NCBI GenBank assembly: GCA_951406725.2
Contig: OX597815.1
Coordinates: 77,190,001 to 77,254,000, forward strand
DNA length: 64,000 nucleotides
DNA from: Octopus vulgaris
Taxonomy: Eukaryota
Reading direction: 5' to 3'
A program made the position numbers and the translations under genes. Below are positions 25,027 to 37,204 of the stretch, in pieces. How positions within the stretch are numbered: position 1 is the first letter of the stretch; each line of letters starts with the position of its first letter. The notes beneath the pieces were generated by a model, which saw only the letters and a program-made list of their open reading frames with translations, searched no databases and was not told where the DNA came from.

Positions 25027-27933
25027 ATGCCGGATCCTAGGTCCTACCTCCTCACCCTCCATCACCGTTTGAAGGATCATCTCCGTTCTCTTCCTGTATA
25101 TTGCCTTCAGCCGTCCGTTAATCTCTCTCTACTTCTTTTTAAAAAAACCCGCTTCTCTAGCCATGTCTCTTTCCTAAGCCGCTGCCTACATCACCTACTC
25201 ATCCCTAAAGGTTTCCGCCTCCACTTCCACCCTGCTCTCCACTCGGATTCTTCCATCTTACCCATACTCCGCACCACATCTTACCGCCTTATGCGGGCCA
25301 CCATTCGCTCCAATCTCTCCAAACTACATGCCATCAACCGCCTTCTTCCTCCTGCTTTCTCCACCTTCTTCTCCTCTCTGCCGCCTCTCTATGCTCCAAA
25401 CACGCTACGCTTCATTATCCATTTGAATCAACTCTTCCATCAATTTCTTTCTGATACCAAACTTCGTAAACTCCAATCACTCTTCCATTCCACCCTACCC
25501 GACGCCACTACCCCAACTCCTCCACCACCCTTCTCCCCTCCCGATAGGCTCCATCCACCCACACCTAACCCCACTGCCCCTCCCTACAACCCCTTCTCCC
25601 CTCCCGATAGGCTCCATCCACCTACACCTAACCCTACTGCCCCGCCCAACCACCCCCCACACACCTCCCCAATCCCTCCCCCTCAGACCTCCACGAGACC
25701 TACCACCCCTCCTACTTCTATTCCACCCACCCCTTCTCCACTTCCGTCTGTTGTTACCATTCCCCCCGATCTTCCCCTCTCTGCGGCTGAACGCTCCGTC
25801 CTTGGTAGGGGTCTGCGTTTCATCCCCCTCACTCCATCCTGTAAGGAATTCCAGACGCGAGTTGATGTCCACAGCTTTGTGCGCCGTGTCCGGTTGGGTG
25901 CGCATTACCACGACTCGCCACCCACACCCAACGAAGAGGACTGCTTCACTGGCCTGGGCCGCCGACCATCCCCGTGGACGCCTGCCCCTGGCCAGATCCT
26001 AGCAGTGGATCTTTTCGCGGGCGCTTGTCAGCGTGCATTGGAGCGGTTCAACTTCTCCAGGCGCCAACGCCGCCTCAACATCTCCCCGGCTGAGCTCTTG
26101 GCTCTTCGTTCCCTCCAACGGCGCGCTGACATTATCATCAAACCGGCTGACAAGAGTGGAGCTGTAGTGGTGTGGCGCGCGGACCTCTATAGGGCCGAGG
26201 CTTTCCGCCAACTCAATGACACCTCCTTCTACTCCCCTCTGCCCTCTAACCCCACACGTAGCTACCAACAGACGGTATCCTCTACTGTCCACGACCTCAT
26301 CTCGTCCTCCCGTCTCCCCCGCACCGCATCCAACCTAATTGTGCGAACCCCACGTACCCCCACCATTTACTTCCTCCCCAAAATCCACAAACCCAACAAC
26401 CCTGGCCGCCCCATCGTCTCCGCCTGTAACTGCCCCACGGAGCTCATCTCTAAATACCTCGACCGTGTCCTTGCCCCCCTAGTGGCATCTCTTCCCTCCC
26501 ACATCCACGATACCAACCATGCTCTCCGGCTTTTCAACTCTTTCTCCTTTCCTCCCGGCTCCTCCAAAATCCTTTTTACTATGGACATCCAAAGCCTCTA
26601 TACTGTTATCCCTCACCACGAAGGACTGCAGGCCCTTCGACACTTTCTTGACCTCCGCTCTAACCCTGTACCTGACATATCCACACTCATTCGTTTGGCC
26701 GAACTTGTCCTTACTCTGAACTGCTTCTCGTTCGCGGGCGAGTTCTACCATCAGGTCTCGGGAGTGGCCATGGGAACGCGAATGGGCCCCAACTATGCGA
26801 ACCTGTTCGTTGGCTATGTTGAGGCCCAAATATTCTCTAATTTCACTGGTCCCACTCCTGAACTATATGGTCGTTACATCGACGACATTATCGGTGCCAC
26901 CTCACTCTCCCGCGAACATCTAGATTCCTTCCTCTCTTTCGTCCAATCTTTCCATCCAGCCCTCCACTTCACTTCCACTATCTCCAACACCTCTGTCTCC
27001 TTCCTCGACATTTCGGTTAGCATTCTTCACTCCACTCTTACCACCTCCATTCACTACAAACACACAGACTCACACTCATACCTAAACTTCTCTTCCTCCC
27101 ACCCCAAACACACCAAGCTTTCCATCCCCTATTCCCAATTCCTCCGTCTACGTAGGCTCTGTAGTGACGACCATGACTTTGAGACTCAGTCTCAACTCAT
27201 GGCTCGCCACTTCATCCTACGTGGATACCCCCTCACCACTATCCACACCGCCCTTGTCAGAGCACGTTCCGTAGACCGTGCATCTGCTCTCTCCCTCCGA
27301 ACCCGCCCTGTAGTCTCCCGCCTCCCTTTTCCCCTCACTTCCCACCCCACCACCCTACCTCTCCAACGCACCATTCTTCGAGCTTTCCGGCATCTCCAGT
27401 CCGACCCGTCCACTTCACACCTCTTCCCTAACCGACCCCTCCCCTCCTTCAAACGAGCCCATAACCTACGAGACCTCTTGGTCCACAGCTTCTTACCTGA
27501 CCCTACCTCCCAACCTGGCTCGTTCCTCTGCTCCCGCCCATGTTGCCGCACTTGCCCTTACCCCTCCAACACCACCCTCCTCACTGGCACCCATCATCGA
27601 CCAAATTGCATCATCGACTCCTTCACCTGCACCTCCAGCAATATCATCTATTGCATCTCCTGCTCTCTCTGCCATTCCCTGTACATCAGACAAACGGGAC
27701 GCCGCTTGGCTGACCGGTTCGTGGAACACCTCCGAGACATCCGCCTTGCCAATGACACACCGGTCTCACGCCATTTCCGCTCCACCGGTAACTCCTTGCA
27801 ACACCTATCTGTGTTCGGATTGTCCTTGCACAGAGGCCATCCGGATTCCCGCTTGCGCCGTGAACAGGGATTAATCTTCTCTCTTCGCTCTTTTACGCCA
27901 TTTGGTCTCAACTCTCCCCTCCTTTTCATCTAA
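25027..27933 (+). CDS. PLE polyprotein: reverse transcriptase, Cys-rich linker, GIY-YIG endonuclease
   Basis: KPADKSG, YFLPKIHK, GRPIVS, MDIQSLYT, GVAMG, YIDD, FLD; CSRPCCRTC; NIIYCISC...YIRQTG..RF.EH. Probable start MPDPRS at 25027 (track ORF opens at 24919). Confidence 0.93.
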   Translation: MPDPRSYLLTLHHRLKDHLRSLPVYCLQPSVNLSLLLFKKTRFSSHVSFLSRCLHHLLIPKGFRLHFHPALHSDSSILPILRTTSYRLMRATIRSNLSKLHAINRLLPPAFSTFFSSLPPLYAPNTLRFIIHLNQLFHQFLSDTKLRKLQSLFHSTLPDATTPTPPPPFSPPDRLHPPTPNPTAPPYNPFSPPDRLHPPTPNPTAPPNHPPHTSPIPPPQTSTRPTTPPTSIPPTPSPLPSVVTIPPDLPLSAAERSVLGRGLRFIPLTPSCKEFQTRVDVHSFVRRVRLGAHYHDSPPTPNEEDCFTGLGRRPSPWTPAPGQILAVDLFAGACQRALERFNFSRRQRRLNISPAELLALRSLQRRADIIIKPADKSGAVVVWRADLYRAEAFRQLNDTSFYSPLPSNPTRSYQQTVSSTVHDLISSSRLPRTASNLIVRTPRTPTIYFLPKIHKPNNPGRPIVSACNCPTELISKYLDRVLAPLVASLPSHIHDTNHALRLFNSFSFPPGSSKILFTMDIQSLYTVIPHHEGLQALRHFLDLRSNPVPDISTLIRLAELVLTLNCFSFAGEFYHQVSGVAMGTRMGPNYANLFVGYVEAQIFSNFTGPTPELYGRYIDDIIGATSLSREHLDSFLSFVQSFHPALHFTSTISNTSVSFLDISVSILHSTLTTSIHYKHTDSHSYLNFSSSHPKHTKLSIPYSQFLRLRRLCSDDHDFETQSQLMARHFILRGYPLTTIHTALVRARSVDRASALSLRTRPVVSRLPFPLTSHPTTLPLQRTILRAFRHLQSDPSTSHLFPNRPLPSFKRAHNLRDLLVHSFLPDPTSQPGSFLCSRPCCRTCPYPSNTTLLTGTHHRPNCIIDSFTCTSSNIIYCISCSLCHSLYIRQTGRRLADRFVEHLRDIRLANDTPVSRHFRSTGNSLQHLSVFGLSLHRGHPDSRLRREQGLIFSLRSFTPFGLNSPLLFI

Positions 27934-28650
27934 GCTCCCCCCCCCGACTCCTACTTCTCTTCAGTCCTTCATCTTTTCACCCCTACTCTCTTTCCCTCCT
28001 CTTCCCTTCTTTCCCTTCTTCCCTCTTCTTCTTTCTTCTTTCTTCTTCCCTCTTCCCCTTCTCTCTTCCTCTCTGCTGCCTCACTCCCCTTCTCTCCCCC
28101 TCTCCCCTCCTCTACTTCCTTCTCCTCTCCTCCTCCCCCTCCTCCCCTCTCCCCTTCATCTCCTCTCTCTCCTCCCTTCCTCCCCTCCTCTCCTCTCTCT
28201 CCTCCCCTCCTCCCCTCCTCTCTCTTCTCTCCCCCTCTCACTCTCCCCACAACCCCCACTCTACCACAACCCCCACTGTACCCCAACCCCCAGCCGAAAC
28301 CACACCCCACATGGGCTTTCCCCACTCTCGACCCCCCACCTCCCCACAACACAACATCACACCACACTACACTATACCATACGACATTACACATCACATC
28401 ATACATACATGCACACGTCCAGACCATCAGCCCTCTTTCACACGCACATACATACTCTCTTATACACACACGCACCTTCATGTTGGGGCGAAGTTCTTGA
28501 CCCTGTTATCTTCCCTACTATCCCTCTAGCGTCTAACGTCTGACCTCTGATCTCTGACTTCTGCCTGAAATCAGAACGCCATGTTGGACCGTTAGCTCCT
28601 ACACTCATTTTTTTCTCTCCTTGTTTCTCTCCGTGTTTCTTTTCTGTGTA

Positions 28651-28688
28651 TCTTTCTGTCGAAGAGCGTAGGCCCGAAACGTAAAAGA
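28651..28688 (+). ncRNA. Minimal hammerhead-like motif with CUGUCGA core in the downstream pLTR
   Basis: ucuuu CUGUCGA A GAGC-guag-GCCC GAAA CG UA aaaga. Confidence 0.5.
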
Positions 28689-28848
28689 CTTGTTTTATTT
28701 CTATTCCTGAGCGCCATACTAATACAATTGTTTCTTTATACTCCACCTGCCTTCGTCTTTTATTTATTTTCGTAAACCTTCCCGTTATATATACACATAT
28801 ATACATGCACTAGCACTATGACCCGGCAACGACGGGTCTTTAATGCTA

Positions 28849-28899
<51 letters not shown>

Positions 28900-30489
28900 C
28901 ATATATATATTTACATATATATGTGTGTGTGTATCTGCTGACATACTCTTTTTCTAACAGGGCGATGTTAGAAAAATGACTATCAATACACACTATTTAA
29001 AGCCTTGATAAAGTCTAAGAAACCGATGATCAGGAAGACTTAGAATTCTCCATATTTATCGATGAAAATGTCTGAATAAAATTATCTATTCTGTACAAGT
29101 GCTCGGTGCAGATATCAACTTGTTCTTCGTGTAGTACACTGTCTTTCATACATTGCATTCCTTCCGTTTACCGAGTCCTTAATTAGAGTTGAATTTGTAT
29201 TTCTTTTGATGTTTCAAAAGTGCTGTATTCCACTGTTTAACTGTTATCCCTTGGTCTTCTAAGCGGAGGAAGAAGGAATGTTATGCTGTTGTAGATTAAG
29301 AAATCTAGAGTGAGAAGTAAGTTTCAGAACATGCGAAAGCAAAACGGTTTCGGAAAATTTTATAGTGGTATAGATGTATGATGATATAGAAGTATGATGA
29401 GCGAGTGACATTCAGTTAACCATATCAAAAGAGCTGGATCTGTTGCTGTTGCGATAGGAACGAGCTTAGGAAGACACAATTTGATTTGTGTCCTGCTAGC
29501 TCGTTTTACGGAGGAGATACAGAGTGAAAAATGTTTAATAACAAGTGACTTTTTCTTAGATGCAGAATGAAAAATGCTTATCAGCGAGTGACTTTTTCTT
29601 AGATGCAGACCATTATATATGTGCGCAGAGAGAGTACTAGAAAGGCTATAATCTGGCTGATGCACTAAGAAGAGATTGTTTTTATGAAGAGTTATCGTCA
29701 CCGTTACCATGTCACAAAATAAAAATAAAATTATGTAATCAGATCTGTCTGATGCAAGATATATAAATTATAATACTATTCTCTTCAGCCTATGATAATA
29801 TTTTAATTATATTATCTCTATTATTAAACCCATTTTATTATAAACTAATTCTAGTTCTTACTCCAATATCGAAACAGCAAATAACAAATTATTCCTTCAA
29901 TTTCATGTTTACATTAATGTGCCAACCCAGTTTAGCCTTGTTGACAAACTAAGTGCTTATTTTCCTCGCTTCCCTAACTCAGAACATCTGTTGCACTAAC
30001 TAGCTTCAAAGATCATTTGTTTATATAATCACATAATTATGAATGTACATCTTTTATTTTGCGCTAAATAAATTTCTGTGAAAATTTGTGTTTTTCTCAA
30101 AACCATACATTTCCTACGTGGCAGACATCAAGATGTTCTGCAGACTATTTGAAGTCAATAAAGTTCACTTAAATTCCTCATGCTTAGAGTCCCCAAATTA
30201 TTAAGAATTAAGAAATTGAATGTTACATTACTTAACCATTTCTGAAAGGTTATATTCGGTTGCAGAACTGATACGACACACCAAAAACAGAGACACAATC
30301 TAATTTCTGATTTGGCCTCCTAACATGGCCTTAGTGTAATGTCTAAAATACACGTTAATGAACTAAAAGAAGGAAATATTTTCCATTCTAAATAACTCTC
30401 CAAAATACTTTTATAAATTGTGATATACATATGATATAATCGACTATACATGTAAAAGACATAAAGCACACACATTATGTCAAAGCACA

Positions 30490-30565
30490 TGCGAGCATTC
30501 ACATATACACATATGAATATATAAATATATATATGTGTATGTGTGTGTGTGCCTGTGTGTATGTA

Positions 30566-30603
<38 letters not shown>

Positions 30604-30672
30604 TACACACACACACATATATATATATACATATATATTTATATATTCATATGTGTATATGTGTGTGTGTAT

Positions 30673-30706
<34 letters not shown>

Positions 30707-30776
30707 GTGTGTGTATGTATATATATATATATATGTATATATATATACATATATATACATATATATATACATATAC

Positions 30777-30840
<64 letters not shown>
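30490..30840. repeat. Long TA/TG/CA-rich microsatellite tract
   Basis: Read directly; it produces many spurious YI/CV ORFs. Confidence 0.95.
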
Positions 30841-30843
<3 letters not shown>

Positions 30844-30923
30844 TCCCGGGTTGATTCGGGGTTAACCACAGTAAATAAGGTACTCAATACATAGCAGAGT
30901 AAAATTAATTTATTATATAGAAG

Positions 30924-30976
30924 GAGCTTCTACAGGACTAGAACTGTTTCATTCAAGAGAAATCTTCAGGAAGCTC
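30924..30976 (-). ncRNA. Type I hammerhead with 7-bp stem I and a complete stem III
   Basis: Minus strand: gagcuuc CUGAAGA U-UUC-ucuu-GAA-U GAAA CAG-uucuaguc-CUG UA gaagcuc. Confidence 0.8.
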
Positions 30977-30990
30977 AGGAAGCTCAGGTG

Positions 30991-31037
30991 CTTCCTGAAG
31001 ATTTCTCTTGAATGAAACAGTTCTAGTCCTGTAGAAC
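30991..31037 (+). ncRNA. Mirror-image hammerhead with stem I shortened by a 1-nt deletion
   Basis: cuuc CUGAAGA UUUCUCUUGAAU GAAA CAGUUCUAGUCCUG UA gaac. Confidence 0.65.
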
Positions 31038-31049
31038 TCCTTCTATATA

Positions 31050-31128
<79 letters not shown>

Positions 31129-31865
31129 CATATTAAAGGAAAAGGAAAACAAAACCAAAGCAGGACAAGTATCTCAGGTCATTTAGAATATTTAATTAGA
31201 GTAAGGTGAATCAAATACACATATATAAGTATATGTATGTATGTTATTGTCAGGTCGCTCCTGGGCACTATTAGTAACATGTAACCCAGTACAACCCGTT
31301 GCATGATCGGGTCGTCGGCGACTAAACTGGCAACCCCATCAAGCTTATTTGGTGCGTATGGTGATTGTTGGACATGCTGCAGGCGAAAAAATAAGACCTG
31401 TCAAAGGGCGGAAGAACTCACGAGCAGTCAACGGCCATCCAACAATATGTGTACGTGTGTATGTATGCATGTATGTATGCATGTATGTATGCATGTATGT
31501 ATGCTCGGGACCGTAAAAATACCTGGATAGTGTTCAGGCGCACGGTTGGCACACTAGAAGTGGGAGGTTCCTCTATTGTTACATTTCTCTAGGAGAGGGA
31601 AACCTTAAGAGAAAATTTGCGACACTGACAATATTCGATGATGTAGACTAGTTCTTCTTTTCGAGTTTATGTCGTCCATGTTCAGAGAGTGGGATTGGAT
31701 TAGTGCAAATCCTTTCCCAACTATAAAAAAATCATCATGCACAGGCATCGCATAAAAAAAAGTAAGGCCTCTCACAAAAATGGCTGGTCGTAGCCTTCGC
31801 ATGTGTGGGACTTTCGATCAGGAGATGGCAAAACTCGAACACGAGTTTGCAGTCACCATGTATGT

Positions 31866-33113
31866 AAGAGCCTCAAAATAACAAAACATGGTACAAGACT
31901 TCTAATGATTTATTTTTCAACACAGTCCCCCTCGGTGGCTGAACACTCTCTCCAGCGGTGCTGAAGCGCCATTATCCCGGAGTATCTTTTGTTTGAAACT
32001 CCAAGAAACTTCCTACAGCGTCTATGACGTCATTGTCACTGACAAAATGGCGACCAACCAGGGCTTTTGTCCTTTTTGGGAATAGATGAATGTCAGACGG
32101 TGCTAAGTCTGGCGAATAAGGCAGATGGGAAACAAGTTGGTATCCGCAATCACGAATTGTTGCCACGGCAACCACTGAGGTGTGGGCTGGAGCATTGTCG
32201 TGATCAAAAAGAACTCCTCTGGTGAGCATTCCCGGCTTTTTTTCTTTGATTGCTTCACGGGGGCGTTTCAGTAGCTGAGATTAATACAGCCCTATCACGG
32301 TGTGACCTTTTTCAAAGTAACTGATCGGCAAGATACCTTGAAAATCCTAAAAAACGGACGCCATGACCTTGCCAGCTGAGAAATTACCCTGGCCTTCTTT
32401 GAGGTAGGAGAAGATGTGTGTTTCTACTGCTTTGATTGTTCTTTGGTTTCAGGCTAGTAGTGATGAACCCAACTTTCGTGCATAGTAATGAAATGAGCGA
32501 GAAAATTCTCTTCATCGGCTTCAAACAGTTCCAGATTGCTCGTGGACAAAGTGCACCTGGTGCGTTTCTGTTCAGGGGTCAAAAGGCGAGGGACCCACCT
32601 TGCGGAAACCTTTGAGAAGCTAGATTCTTTTGTGAAAATGTTGTCTGCTCTTTCAAATGAGATGCCCAGGCTCTCAGCTATCTGACGACATAATATTCGA
32701 CATAATCATACCATACCAAGGTTGTCCTTGGTGGTTGCAGTTGGAGATCTCCCTGGTCTATGATCTTCTTCCACATTCTCCCTGCCACCCTTGAATTCAT
32801 TTACCTAACGTTTGACTGTTGCATATGAAGGAGCATCCTCTGTTAAAGTTCTCACCATGTCTTCATGAATTTCTGATGGCGTCTTGCCTTTCACATGAAG
32901 GTACTTTATGACAGCACGATACTCAATTTTCTCCATTTTCCTTGTAACCTCGACGCTTGTTTATTCAAAAATCTGCAACAAAAAAATTTAAATATCAGAA
33001 TCATAAAAATGAACCAGAATACTCCGAAAAGATTTACTTACCAGAAAAAATTGTTTCAGCTATCTAGCAGCCCCGTTTCTAGGTTAGGCTCAAAACTTTT
33101 CATATACCCTCTG
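31866..33113 (-). mobile_element. Decayed mariner transposon
   Basis: HDNAPAH and YSPDLAPSD motifs (ORF 31972-32229); TIR-like gagggtatatgaaaagt at the right end; frameshifts and stops. Confidence 0.9.
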
Positions 33114-33345
33114 ATATGTATGTATGTATGTATTTACGTATGTATGTATGTATGTATGTATGTATGTATGTATGTATGTATGTATGTATGTATGTATGTA
33201 TATATGCATGCATGCATGTATGTATGCATATATATATGCATGTATGTATGTTTATATGTATGTGTACATGCAGATATGTATGTACAAATGAATATTTCAT
33301 TTTGGGATTTGGTATGCAAGATTCTTTATATGAGTTCGTGTGTTG

Positions 33346-33628
33346 AAGCATATTCTGTTGTGTCTGGGGAGAGTCATTCTCTTTTAGTGCCTTATAATTT
33401 AACACACTCACCGGAAAAGCTTCCACTCATATATTTATTTATTTTTCTAAAATTTTCGTGGCGTCTTGCCACCTTTTCAGTAGTTGCTGACTCTGTCCAT
33501 TATCCGAACTGCGTTCTTTTTGTTTGTTTGTGCGTATAATTAAATGAGTGGAAATTTTACCGGTGAGTGTGTTAAATTATAAGGCACTAAAAGAGAATGA
33601 CTCTCCCCAGACACAACAGAATATGCTT
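33346..33628. repeat. Foldback element: 85-bp inverted arms around a spacer with a degenerate hammerhead-like motif
   Basis: 33346-33430 is nearly the reverse complement of 33544-33628. Confidence 0.85.
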
Positions 33629-33977
33629 TTACTTGTTTCAGTCATTTAACTGCAGGACTTACTTTTTCAGCCTAGTACTTATTCTATCTGTATCTTTTGC
33701 TGAACCGCTGCGTTACGGGGACATAAACACACCAACACCAGTTGTCAAGAGGTGATAGGGGTATAAACAGTGACATAAAGGCACACACATGCACACACAC
33801 ATGGATCCATACATAAATATACGACGAGCTTCTTTCAGCTTCCGTCTACCAAATCTACTCACGAGGCGTTGGTCTGTCCGAGGCTATAGCAGAAGACACT
33901 TTCCCAAGGTGCCACGCAGTTTGATTGAACAGGAACCATGTCGTTGGTTAGCAAACTTCTTACCACACAGCTACGCC

Positions 33978-34037
<60 letters not shown>

Positions 34038-34130
34038 CATTCATACATACATACATACATATATATAGCGCATATATATACATATATATGCACATATATA
34101 TACATTTATATTTATATATACATATATATT

Positions 34131-34175
<45 letters not shown>

Positions 34176-34824
34176 TATATATATGTATATACATACATAG
34201 ACACATATATACATACATGTGTGTGTGTGTGTGTATGAAGAAATTCGTAGATATGGGCTAATAATTATGGAAACTCACAAATACAAGCGGATGGAAAAAT
34301 TCTACGCTCGTAGTATTTTTCCTTCCCTTATACGTATTTATAATTTCGTGCACATGAATGTCCTGTTTTTTAAAGTTAGCGCATATTTAAATCTATGTAA
34401 GCAGGCATATATTTACATGTGAATACGTATGCTTGCATGTAGATCTGTATAATGGAGGGAGAGCGAGAGAGAGAGAGAGTAGTGAGTGTGTGTGATTTGT
34501 GTCTATGTGTATGTGTGTTTGTATGTATATATGTATATATATAGTACCGAGCCGAATAAATGGGAGGGCTGAAGGACAGGATGAGAGGAGAGGGAAAAGG
34601 CAATGGCAAAGAGTAGGTCGCCATAATAACAATTGCCATTGGTAACCTGATAAATTTTTAGATTGTTTACTTTATACTGTCTTTCAAAATGGCGAACGTT
34701 CTCACGGTTAATAGAGAACCACGCAAAAAGATTAAATAAATATATGAAAAGAATAAAACAATCATAAAATAACCAGTTGTTTTCTCCTCTTCCCACTGAT
34801 TTGAATAACAGAATTTGAAGACAA

Positions 34825-34918
34825 ATTTATTTGGTCGGTAACCAATGAAATTTCAATAGATACGTTGTTGGCGTTTCAAAAATGAACTTCCGGTGACACT
34901 TTCTCTAAGTATATAAAA
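34825..34918 (+). promoter_or_regulatory. Putative core promoter of the FABP-like gene
   Basis: TATATAAAA at 34910-34918, about 90 nt before ATG 35005; ATTGG and CCAAT at ~34829-34846. Confidence 0.6.
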
Positions 34919-35004
34919 CGAAAGATCTTTTTATAAAGCCACACTGAGACCTAGCGTTGATCAAGAAAATATACATAGCAATCTCAATATAAACAAATAT
35001 CAAA

Positions 35005-35077
35005 ATGGACAACTTTTTTGGTACATGGAAGCAAGAAGCTAAACCAGAAAATATGAAAGCTGTCATGGATGCTACCG
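35005..35077 (+). CDS. FABP/iLBP-like gene copy B, exon 1 (73 nt)
   Basis: aaaATGG start; MDNFFGTWKQEAKPENMKAVMDAT contains the FABP FxGxW motif; phase-1 donor G|gtaagg; a 73-nt coding first exon is typical of FABP genes. Confidence 0.88.
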
Positions 35078-35403
35078 GTAAGGAAAATATTACATTAATA
35101 TATTTTTATTATATTAGTATATTTGTAGAAGTTTTGGAGGTTTCTTTTTTTATTAAAATATTTCTGTTTTTGGTAGAATGCTCTTTGAAGTTTTGGTCCT
35201 AGGTTAGAGTCACTTTTTTATTAGTCCGTTAAACGGTACAGTGCTCATGACATTTGCATGTCTTCCTAATTTGGTGACATTACTGCAGCTGATGGACATT
35301 ATGATTCCAGCCGGTTAGTGCTTGCAAAGCCAGTCAGAGTCACGATACAAATGCTTTCAACAGAAGTCATGTCTATCTATCTATCTTTCTATCTATCTAT
35401 CTT

Positions 35404-35466
<63 letters not shown>

Positions 35467-35471
35467 GTCTG

Positions 35472-35534
<63 letters not shown>

Positions 35535-35870
35535 GTTTATCTATCTGGCTACATGCATATGTGAGTGTGTGTGTGTGTGTATTCTTTTATATTTTTTATC
35601 TTTCACTTGTTTCAGTCATTATATTGCAGCCATGCTGGGGCACCGCCTTGAAAGGTGATCATTCGGTACTAGTAACATAACTGTCACTTATAAACCCACG
35701 TGGGTTTATTTACATTTCTGAAGAAAAAAGATAACCTTCCCCGAAAAATTTTTAGCTGAATGAATCGATCCCAGCACTTAACTTTTTTGCTAGGCCTGGT
35801 ACTTATTCTGTCGGTCTCTTTTGCCGAACTTGGAGTACAATGCTCAGGAATTTTGAATAATGAATATTAT

Positions 35871-35926
<56 letters not shown>

Positions 35927-35928
<2 letters not shown>

Positions 35929-36260
35929 GGATAACTTTTGTGGCACTTGGAAAAGACAAGGTAAAAGAGAAGATATGCAAACTGTTATGGATGCTACCAC
36001 TAAGGGCAATATTATGATACTTTATATTTGTAAAGGTTTTTTAAGTATTTTATTTTATTAATGTTTTTTCCTAAAATGCTCAAAACAAGTGTTTTGCAGC
36101 TTAAAGTAAACCTAACCAGATTTTGATCTTGGTTGGAACCAGTCTTATATTTGTCAGTGTGCAGATGGTACAGTACCGAAGGCAATTTGCATGTTCTTTT
36201 CAGTTTGGTGAGGTTACTGTGATTGATGCATAACATGAACTGCAGCCGGACAGTATTTGC
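35927..36260 (+). pseudogene. Diverged duplicate of exon 1 plus the start of intron 1
   Basis: MDNFCGTWKRQGKREDMQTVMDAT; the homologous donor reads ctaagg instead of gtaagg; downstream sequence resembles 35078-35330. Confidence 0.8.
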
Positions 36261-36500
36261 AAAAGAAATTAGGAAAGGGAGTTGGCAGGGGTTCTGACAC
36301 GAATTATTGCAACAAAGAATATACCAATCTATCTATCTATCTATTTATCTGATGGGTACAGGTTCGGTTCCCGTAACCGCTTCCTAGCAACCTTTTCCCG
36401 TCTTATAATGGTAAATACCCAATCTTTCTCTGCTGTTCTTACAACTTTACTGCGCTCGAAATTTACTTTTTTGTCTTCTGTAAAATGTGTGTGTGTGTGT

Positions 36501-36555
<55 letters not shown>

Positions 36556-36656
36556 GCATGCATATACGCTTTATTTTCACACTTGTTTCAATCATTGGAC
36601 TGCGGCCATATATACGTACATATACACACATGCACATGCACACACACATATACATG

Positions 36657-36703
<47 letters not shown>

Positions 36704-37066
36704 ACACACACTTTTAGTTTTTTGCTAATTTTAGCATGTGTGCTCTGGTTATACTGTGGCATCTCTATCATCCTTGTGACTGGATTTGGTAGATAGAAAC
36801 TAAAAGAATACCTTCGTATAGATATATTTGTCTGTGTATGTGTATCTATTTGTGTGTTAGTGTTTGTCTTTGTCCCCCACCATCGCTTGACAACCGATGT
36901 TAATTTGTTTACGTCCCCGAAACTAGCGGCTCGGCAAAAAGAGACCGACAGAATAAGTACTAAACTTACAAAGAATCAGTCCTGGAGTCGATTTCTTCGA
37001 CTAAAACGTTTTAAGGCGGTGTTTCCGGCATGGCCACAGTCTAATGATTAAAACAAGTAACAGAAT

Positions 37067-37166
<100 letters not shown>

Positions 37167-37204
37167 ATATGTATGTATGTATGTATATGACATAGCTGTA
37201 TAAT

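Larger units (their letters stand above)
24060..28790 (+). mobile_element. Near full-length Penelope-like retroelement (Neptune-like) with flanking pLTR-like direct repeats
   Basis: Single RT + GIY-YIG ORF; repeats ~24170-24410 and ~28550-28790 each carry a hammerhead-like motif; 3' end lies in (TA)n. Confidence 0.92.
30841..31055. mobile_element. Miniature foldback element in (TA)n with a hammerhead on each strand
   Basis: Near-perfect palindrome 30908-31055. Confidence 0.8.

Noticed and set aside
27902-28543. Pro/Ser/Leu-rich ORF after the PLE ORF (and ORFs at 16585-17602, 54370-55062)
   Set aside because: Low-complexity CT-rich PLE 3' UTR, not a protein.
30320-31158. Numerous [12 protein letters not shown] ORFs here and throughout the window
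   Set aside because: Translations of dinucleotide and tetranucleotide microsatellites that lack stop codons in some frames.
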